A stretch of DNA of 64,000 nt from a virus (taxonomy: Duplodnaviria > Caudoviricetes). Location of the stretch: positions 68,904 to 132,903 of the IMG/VR virus record IMGVR_UViG_3300032303_002003; one strand, written 5' to 3'. Positions 58,147-64,000 of this stretch are shown in pieces. The position numbers and the translations under genes are program-made. Positions within the stretch are counted from its first letter, which is position 1. The number at the start of each line of letters is the position of its first letter. The notes beneath the pieces were generated by a model, which was given only the letters and a program-made list of their open reading frames with translations, was not told the origin of the DNA and did no database searches.

Positions 58147-58899
58147 TTATGGTGTTGCAACTCCTCGTTTTGATACAACAATCGAGGACATTTCATTTGC
58201 ATATTTTAATGATGATTCAATATATTTTGTCTCGTAATACTTTACAATAAATGATGCTGTGAATGTATCACCAGCACCACTAACATCTATTGTCTCCTGT
58301 GGTTTTGGTGATGGATATGTGATTCCACTGAAACTACATCCCTCATCACCAAGAGTTGTTATAACATTTTTTAAATTACCCAAATGTTGATTATTCTCAG
58401 CCTCTTTTTTATTTAACTTAACAAATGTGAATGAGTTAATAACTTCTTCGGTTAATTTTCTTTTTGAATCAAGTATTGATAATTTTGATAATTCCCCAAT
58501 TTCTTTTAATAATACCAAATCCAAAAACCCTTTATCATAATCACTAACAATTACAATGTCCATCTCCCTAATTCTTTCCTTATCAACATAAGTCATTTCA
58601 AATCTCTTAATTTTGTTCTCACCTTCATCAACCCTGATAAACATATGATTAGTTTTCTTATCAATATATCTTGTCTTTGTAATAAGTTCAGGTTGAGTTA
58701 TTTTATAAACAATTGAATCTGTTGAGATGGCGTTAATATTCTGCACCACATTTCCCGCCATTCCGTCGTTTTTCTTAACTTCGTGTGGCGTTAAAACTGG
58801 TACAGGTGCTTCAGGTGAGAGCCTGTTTGTTTGACAATAAATGAATGTGTCGGTACACGTTTCACCTATTACCAAAATTTTAATCTTCGTTGTATTCAT
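58147..58899 (-). CDS. PfkB-family heptose-7-phosphate kinase (HldA/RfaE domain I-like)
   Basis: RLSPEAPVPV, GMAGNV, TKTR, VSDYDKG, DVSGAGDTF. Confidence 0.88.
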   Translation of the reverse strand: MNTTKIKILVIGETCTDTFIYCQTNRLSPEAPVPVLTPHEVKKNDGMAGNVVQNINAISTDSIVYKITQPELITKTRYIDKKTNHMFIRVDEGENKIKRFEMTYVDKERIREMDIVIVSDYDKGFLDLVLLKEIGELSKLSILDSKRKLTEEVINSFTFVKLNKKEAENNQHLGNLKNVITTLGDEGCSFSGITYPSPKPQETIDVSGAGDTFTASFIVKYYETKYIESSLKYANEMSSIVVSKRGVATP

Positions 58900-59125
58900 A
58901 ATCAGGATTATTTTGATATATCCAAATGTGATTATAACAATTAAATATTGTAAGTTCAAACTGAAATGCCGGTGAGTGCTCATCCTTATACAAATCTAAA
59001 TTAACTCTAAATTTGAAGAATGTTATACCATCCTTAAAATTTCTAATCATTGCAAAAAATTGTCCTTCCCAATATATTCTTTTCTTTTTTGAGATTGTTC
59101 CGTGTGGTGTGAATCCTAAATACAT
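58880..59125 (-). CDS. hypothetical protein
   Basis: ORF track. Confidence 0.55.
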   Translation of the reverse strand: MYLGFTPHGTISKKKRIYWEGQFFAMIRNFKDGITFFKFRVNLDLYKDEHSPAFQFELTIFNCYNHIWIYQNNPDYEYNED

Positions 59126-59128
59126 ATT

Positions 59129-59299
59129 TTAATTAGTTTTTAATGTGTCTATTTTATAGATGTAGGTTCTTGTAGCTTGGTATTTAACACCATTCTTTTT
59201 GAATCTGTATGTTGTTATTGTTTGATTTGAAGTTGTTTGATATGATGTATCACAACTAACAAAACTAATAACCGCTAATAAACATAATAACTTTTTCAT
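59129..59299 (-). CDS. small lipoprotein (56 aa)
   Basis: Manual translation MKKLLCLLAVISFVSCDTSYQ... Confidence 0.6.
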   Translation of the reverse strand: MKKLLCLLAVISFVSCDTSYQTTSNQTITTYRFKKNGVKYQATRTYIYKIDTLKTN

Positions 59300-59691
59300 A
59301 TTTTATTCCATTTTTTATTTGAATCTAATTTAAAACTTCCCATATGTTCCATTCCCCAACTTGATGGTGTTATAATTGAAAGAAAGGTTGTTTTATTCCC
59401 TCTTTTATATAAGTGATATGTCTCACCAATTATTGGGATGAAGGTGTATTGTGAGCGGTAAACCTCGTCATTCCAATACACCTCCTCCAACATCTTATCA
59501 AATTGTTCTTTCAGTTCTTCGTATCTTGTAGCAAATTCTTTATTTGCATTCATCGCCTGACTTTTCTTCCATCCATCAACATCATCAAGTTTTATTGCCG
59601 GTGCTCCAAGATTTGAACCATAAGTTAATTCTCTTGGGTAATACCCCTTCTCTTCACTCCAAACAACCAAATCAGGTTTTTTTTTACCCAT
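59296..59691 (-). CDS. DUF2452-like protein
   Basis: YGSNLGAPAI...FIPIIGETYHLY...FLSII.P..W...GSFKL. Confidence 0.75.
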   Translation of the reverse strand: MGKKKPDLVVWSEEKGYYPRELTYGSNLGAPAIKLDDVDGWKKSQAMNANKEFATRYEELKEQFDKMLEEVYWNDEVYRSQYTFIPIIGETYHLYKRGNKTTFLSIITPSSWGMEHMGSFKLDSNKKWNKI

Positions 59692-60196
59692 TATTTAATA
59701 TATTTATAATTTTATTTTTTATACCCAATTGTTTAATCCCCTCAAAATCATTAGTCAAAACAAACTTATTCTCCTCATTTGTTATTACCATATACTTACC
59801 AACATTCAAATCATCAATAACAACATAGTTAGTGATATTGTTTCTCGTTACATATTCTCCTATTTGATATGCCCTGTTCATTGTTAAATTACCAAATGAT
59901 GCGAGTTCACTTACTGTAATATCAATAGGTGATTTATTAACTCCATTGAACTTAAAAATCTTATCCAAATCTTCTAAACTAAAATGCTCTCTCCAATCTG
60001 AACTCAAAACAATATCCGCACCTGTCTCATCCAAGATTTCATTAAATATCTTAACACACTTGGGGTCAAACGGATATGGTATTTTTATTTCTTTCGCAAT
60101 ATCATTCTTCTCCCAAAATTTCTTTCGGTTCATCATATACTGCTTGTTGGTTGCCAACACGCCATCTAAATCAAGGAATATATTTGCTTTACTCAT
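59684..60196 (-). CDS. HAD domain protein (HAD_SAK_2, RNA-repair-associated type)
   Basis: IFLDLDGVL, IVLSSDWR, YVVIDD. Confidence 0.85.
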   Translation of the reverse strand: MSKANIFLDLDGVLATNKQYMMNRKKFWEKNDIAKEIKIPYPFDPKCVKIFNEILDETGADIVLSSDWREHFSLEDLDKIFKFNGVNKSPIDITVSELASFGNLTMNRAYQIGEYVTRNNITNYVVIDDLNVGKYMVITNEENKFVLTNDFEGIKQLGIKNKIINILNNG

Positions 60197-60213
60197 ATCA
60201 CAAAGATAAGAAA

Positions 60214-60420
60214 TTATTTTGTAATTAAAGTAAATTTCTCCGCATCTTCAGCTAATTTTTTAATTTCTTCAGGACTTTCTTTTACGTTAATAACTTGTCC
60301 CCCAATTGTATAGACAATTGAAAAATTATCATATTCTGTGATATTACATATCATAATTGGGTTAATATGATGCTTTAAATCACCCGCGGCTGAATTTAAT
60401 TCTATATATTTGTTTTGCAT
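60214..60420 (-). CDS. small FlbD-like beta protein
   Basis: INPIMI..I.E...VKESPEEI. Confidence 0.55.
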   Translation of the reverse strand: MQNKYIELNSAAGDLKHHINPIMICNITEYDNFSIVYTIGGQVINVKESPEEIKKLAEDAEKFTLITK

Positions 60421-60447
60421 ATTTTTAATGTTTTATTTTACACTTTT

Positions 60448-61068
60448 TTAATTTTTATACTTAATTTGGAAGTTGTCTTTAATATATTCTATTTGCTCGT
60501 AGGTTAATGAACCACTCACATTATTTTCGTTCCACCAAGTAATAGGAACAAAATATGTACCTGTAAAATAATCACCTAACCTATTTGGATTGTTTAATCC
60601 AACATTTTTCTTTACTAACTTAAAGAGTAGATATGTTTTATTTCTTATAGAACAATCAAACTTTATTCCCGCCAAATAATTCTCTGAGAATACTGAATTA
60701 CCCGTTATTTGGTAGTTGTCTTCAATATAATATTGATTAAGTGGTTCTCGTACTGGTTTTGGTTTCTCAACTTCAACAATTGGTTCTGTTTTAACAATAA
60801 TAGGTTTTGATTTTTGTTTTTTAACTACCTTAGGCGTCTCAATTACCTTTGGTTTTTCAACAGGTTTTGGCGTCTCAACAACAACTTTAACATTATCAAA
60901 TTTTTCAACTCTACTTAATAATTTTAAATTATTTAAACTATCTTTTTCTCGGGCTAAAGAATTTTGTGCTTCAACAAATGCAGGAAAATAGTCGTCATCC
61001 ACCGACACCTGAGCCCAACTTGTGTTTATCGCCATAATTAAACCTATGGCTATACATATTTTTTTCAT
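60448..61068 (-). CDS. secreted hypothetical protein
   Basis: Signal peptide MKKICIAIGLIMAINTSWAQ; K/P/E-rich linker. Confidence 0.65.
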   Translation of the reverse strand: MKKICIAIGLIMAINTSWAQVSVDDDYFPAFVEAQNSLAREKDSLNNLKLLSRVEKFDNVKVVVETPKPVEKPKVIETPKVVKKQKSKPIIVKTEPIVEVEKPKPVREPLNQYYIEDNYQITGNSVFSENYLAGIKFDCSIRNKTYLLFKLVKKNVGLNNPNRLGDYFTGTYFVPITWWNENNVSGSLTYEQIEYIKDNFQIKYKN

Positions 61069-61277
61069 ATTACAATGTTATAATATTTTCTTGATATAGT
61101 CAAATTTCACTTGACTTTTGGGTGGGTGGATTAAACTTATTTCTTAACCAATTCTTTACTCTTAATGGTAATGGGACGTGCAACGAACCTTCAATCTCGG
61201 CAAATATTTCATTCCAAGTATCAAAATGTGTTGCAGGTTTATTGATTGTATCTATTTTATCTGTTTTTTCTTTCATA

Positions 61278-61484
61278 TTAATCTTGTGTATATTCGTGAG
61301 TGTCTGGGCCATATGCCTTTAATATTGCAACCCCATTTTCAATAATGTAATTCATTTCTTTATCAACTTCACCCCAAAGCTTCAACCAAAAAGAATGTTG
61401 TTCGTGTATTGGATATGATACACCATTTACTTTTAATAACCAATTATCCCATCCTGTTTTAAATAATTTACCTTTCATAACCAT
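61278..61484 (-). CDS. hypothetical protein
   Basis: ORF track. Confidence 0.55.
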   Translation of the reverse strand: MVMKGKLFKTGWDNWLLKVNGVSYPIHEQHSFWLKLWGEVDKEMNYIIENGVAILKAYGPDTHEYTQD

Positions 61485-61704
61485 CTATAATTTGTTTAAA
61501 TTTTATCATAAAATCAATATTCTCTTGCTCGTGATAAACGTGTATGAGTCTAGCATAAATGAACTCCAAATGTTCTTTATCCTTATTTCTTTCCGCTTTC
61601 TCTTTGAGGGGAAGTTTCATATTGTTTTTCATAAGTTCTTTTACCCTTGCAGCAACGTCACCCATAAGTTCTTCACTAACTCCTGGTATTAAATCAATAT
61701 TCAT
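61468..61704 (-). CDS. hypothetical protein
   Basis: ORF track. Confidence 0.55.
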   Translation of the reverse strand: MNIDLIPGVSEELMGDVAARVKELMKNNMKLPLKEKAERNKDKEHLEFIYARLIHVYHEQENIDFMIKFKQIIDGYER

Positions 61705-61805
61705 ATTATTTTTTTTTATTTTTTCTTTTTAGTTCCCACGCCATCAGGAATCCACACACGGATATAACCCCAATTAAAACACTATCATTTATCATATTAT
61801 TATTT

Positions 61806-62939
61806 TTAATGCGAATCTTCTACATTGTGCTTTTCAGAGTAAATAAGGTAATCCGGGTTTATAACTTTTGAGATTTTAGAACGTTCGCCACTAGTATGTT
61901 TAACCACTATACCTTCGTGTGGAACTTTGGTTTTGGGTATGAAATTATTAACCACAAACATATCCTGAACTTCTTTACTCCATTTACCAACATATAATTC
62001 TTCTACGTGTGGTAATCTTAATAAGTCATTTAATATCAATTTAGTATTAAGTGTATCCAAGTATTTACCATCTATCATTATATCAAACCCCACAAACTTT
62101 ATCTCTTCCAAACCATAATCATATCCTTTCTGTATTCCCGCACCATAGATTTCACCATATAATGTTATACCTGAACCAGTGTCTTCTAATAAATAATGTT
62201 TAACAAAATTCCATAACTTTTCTTTTATGTTATATTTGTCCTCTATCTCCCTCCATACATCAGTTGAGTAAAACCCTTGCGAATCAGAACCTTTCTCAAC
62301 ATTATGGGAACCATAGCAAAAATCATAATCTATCCATTTATCGGCAACTCTAAAAAACTTTTTAACTTTATCCCAAAATGATAATTTTACTTTTTTAACC
62401 ACTGCAAATCTCGCATTTGTTCCGTGTATCTTCCTTGTTATTTGGACGATGTCTTCCTCATTAAACATATCAGGAACGTTCTTTTGATTTGGGAACTTAT
62501 AATATACCAAGAAGTTCGGGTTTTCCGAATATCTTATTGTTCTACCTGAACCAAGAGTTATTTGTTTAACTGGTGGCTCATACTTGAATATCTTTAAAAT
62601 TTCCATCACATCGTCTCCTTCGTAATATACACCTTTAGTACGAGTAGGAACATAACTGAATGGAATAATCAAACACTCACTATAAACACCTCTTAACTTT
62701 ACTGTACGAACTCTCTGTCCTTTACGGAGATAGTTAGTTACGTTCATTGCGTCAGATAAACTCTCGGGTATAACCGCATCGGTGGTTGCAACAACAACCA
62801 AATCACCAACATTATATTCCCCCTTCTGTATGATGCAATTCCATCCACCGATGCGGGCTTGTTCTATTTTATCTGCACCAACTATTTCTTTTATTTCATC
62901 TATCTTTGCGACATAAGCGCAACTGTTAACATTTTCCAT
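61806..62939 (-). CDS. RNA ligase, DRB0094/Rnl2-like with N-terminal OB-like domain
   Basis: ADKIE..GW.C, VKLRGVYSE; motif I TRKIHGTN, YGEIYG, FDI, HEGIVVK, KVINPDYL. Confidence 0.9.
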   Translation of the reverse strand: MENVNSCAYVAKIDEIKEIVGADKIEQARIGGWNCIIQKGEYNVGDLVVVATTDAVIPESLSDAMNVTNYLRKGQRVRTVKLRGVYSECLIIPFSYVPTRTKGVYYEGDDVMEILKIFKYEPPVKQITLGSGRTIRYSENPNFLVYYKFPNQKNVPDMFNEEDIVQITRKIHGTNARFAVVKKVKLSFWDKVKKFFRVADKWIDYDFCYGSHNVEKGSDSQGFYSTDVWREIEDKYNIKEKLWNFVKHYLLEDTGSGITLYGEIYGAGIQKGYDYGLEEIKFVGFDIMIDGKYLDTLNTKLILNDLLRLPHVEELYVGKWSKEVQDMFVVNNFIPKTKVPHEGIVVKHTSGERSKISKVINPDYLIYSEKHNVEDSH

Positions 62940-63070
62940 AACTTTTTATTTACGAGTTAAAAATTCATATATGACTTGAACGGTTGCACCAAAAAATATG
63001 GATGCCGCCGCGAATAGTAAAAAATATACCAACCCAATATCCCAATTATTTTTTTTCATTCTTATTAAAT

Positions 63071-63925
63071 TTATTGTGTTACTTCCTCCGAGTCTAACTT
63101 TCTCCATCTAAATGGTGGTGCTATGGCGTTTCTTGGTGTTATTTCCTCCGATTTTAATTCTTCTTCCGTCTCGTATGAAAGCCCTAACCACCGCCCAACA
63201 GGTGTAATTTCCTGAGATTTTAATTCTTCTTCCATATCAGAGCCCGAAAATAAAAACAATGAATCTGGTATAACTTCCACCGAGTTTAATTCTTCTTGCA
63301 CCCTCATCAATTGATTTGTAATACTGGTATGTGGTGTCACTTCCTCCTGTTTTAAGTTTCTCCAACTATATGGTGGTGCAATGGCCTCTTTTGGTGTTAC
63401 TTCCTCATTTTTTAATTGTGATTCCACCAACTGAAAGGAACAGGCATGTTGAGCTCTAGGTGTCACTTCCTCCGATTTTAATTGTGCTTCCACCTTATAC
63501 CATAAAGGTTGTCTTTTTAATTTTGGTGTAACTACCTCCTGTTTTAATTGTTCTTCCACCTGTTGTTTCATAACAAGCCAAGAAGCTTTTGGTGTAACTT
63601 CCTCCTGTTTTAATTGAGATTCCACCTTTCCCCAAGCAAGTTCCTCCTCCATAAAAGGTCTAACTTCCCCCGATTTTAATTGTGCTTCCACCCATTCCTT
63701 TATAAGTTGTTGGGTTTCTTCGTAACCATAGGAGAACATATCGGAAATATTACTCCAAACTGAATATAAAACCCATAATGTGCCAGATTTTTCCAATTCC
63801 AATATTACCTTATCATCTTTTTTGAAGAAGGTAGAATTAGGATAATATTTTGATTTAACAGAAAACATACCCTTAAACAAGAATTCCAAATAATCAAACT
63901 GAACTTCCCTTACTCTATCTTTCAT
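63071..63925 (-). CDS. N-terminal module followed by about 9.5 repeat-plus-variable 22-aa units
   Basis: VExQLKxEEVTP repeated with unique 10-aa inserts; TATATTTG promoter at 63957-63964. Confidence 0.75.
   Translation of the reverse strand: MKDRVREVQFDYLEFLFKGMFSVKSKYYPNSTFFKKDDKVILELEKSGTLWVLYSVWSNISDMFSYGYEETQQLIKEWVEAQLKSGEVRPFMEEELAWGKVESQLKQEEVTPKASWLVMKQQVEEQLKQEVVTPKLKRQPLWYKVEAQLKSEEVTPRAQHACSFQLVESQLKNEEVTPKEAIAPPYSWRNLKQEEVTPHTSITNQLMRVQEELNSVEVIPDSLFLFSGSDMEEELKSQEITPVGRWLGLSYETEEELKSEEITPRNAIAPPFRWRKLDSEEVTQ
63075..63692. repeat. CRISPR-geometry array: 10 degenerate repeats (36 bp; two of 34 bp) with 9 spacers (30 bp; two of 26 bp)
   Basis: Repeat starts at 63075, 63135, 63201, 63267, 63333, 63393, 63459, 63525, 63591, 63657; consensus GGTGTnACTTCCTCCnnTTTTAATTGTnnTTCCACC. 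Confidence 0.9.
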
Positions 63926-64000
63926 TTTTTCTTAAATTTAATTAAATCAATAATTGCAAATATAACAAGAACTCCCATAATAATCAAAAAATTTATCAAC

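Noticed and set aside
632-61692. Many overlapping alternative-frame ORFs in the track (e.g. 632, 4278, 6304, 17239, 32961, 35968, 55879, 57955, 59946)
   Set aside because: They are antisense or out-of-frame shadows of better-supported genes, often with non-ATG starts.
63075-63692. Calling the array a canonical active CRISPR-Cas locus
   Set aside because: Repeats are degenerate, lack a strong internal stem, lie in an open reading frame, and no cas genes are in the window; reported as CRISPR-like only.
1-64000. Stop-codon reassignment as seen in some large phages
   Set aside because: Known genes (clpP, thyA, uvrC, ligase) are full length in code 11 and coding density is high.

Overview
AT-rich, gene-dense 64-kb segment of a large (jumbo-type) tailed phage, standard genetic code. 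The host is most likely a Bacteroidota bacterium, from TAnnTTTG -7 promoters, no Shine-Dalgarno signals, and DUF2452, FISUMP, SprB-repeat and YkuD_2 genes. Recognisable genes: clpP, thyA, a uvrC-like nuclease, a GH19 endolysin, two HNH endonucleases, an Rnl2/DRB0094-type RNA ligase with other RNA-repair-type domains, split HldA/HldC-like heptose enzymes, and L,D-transpeptidase-fold proteins. Top observations: (1) an ORF at 63071-63925 whose 3' two-thirds is a polar, CRISPR-geometry array (36-bp GGTG...CACC repeats, 30-bp unique spacers) that stays in frame; (2) about 38 proteins carrying shared N-terminal leaders with (I/L)xE motifs fused to diverse cargo, including polyproteins with the same motifs as linkers, mostly behind a TATTTAT motif, suggesting a head-packaged, protease-processed effector set; (3) two promoter classes, with apparently leaderless mRNAs; (4) a mirror-symmetric DnaA-box region at 44.0-46.0 kb; (5) a tRNA-like RNA without a canonical anticodon loop and several other candidate small RNAs. 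All domain calls are from motif recognition by eye; no database searches were run.
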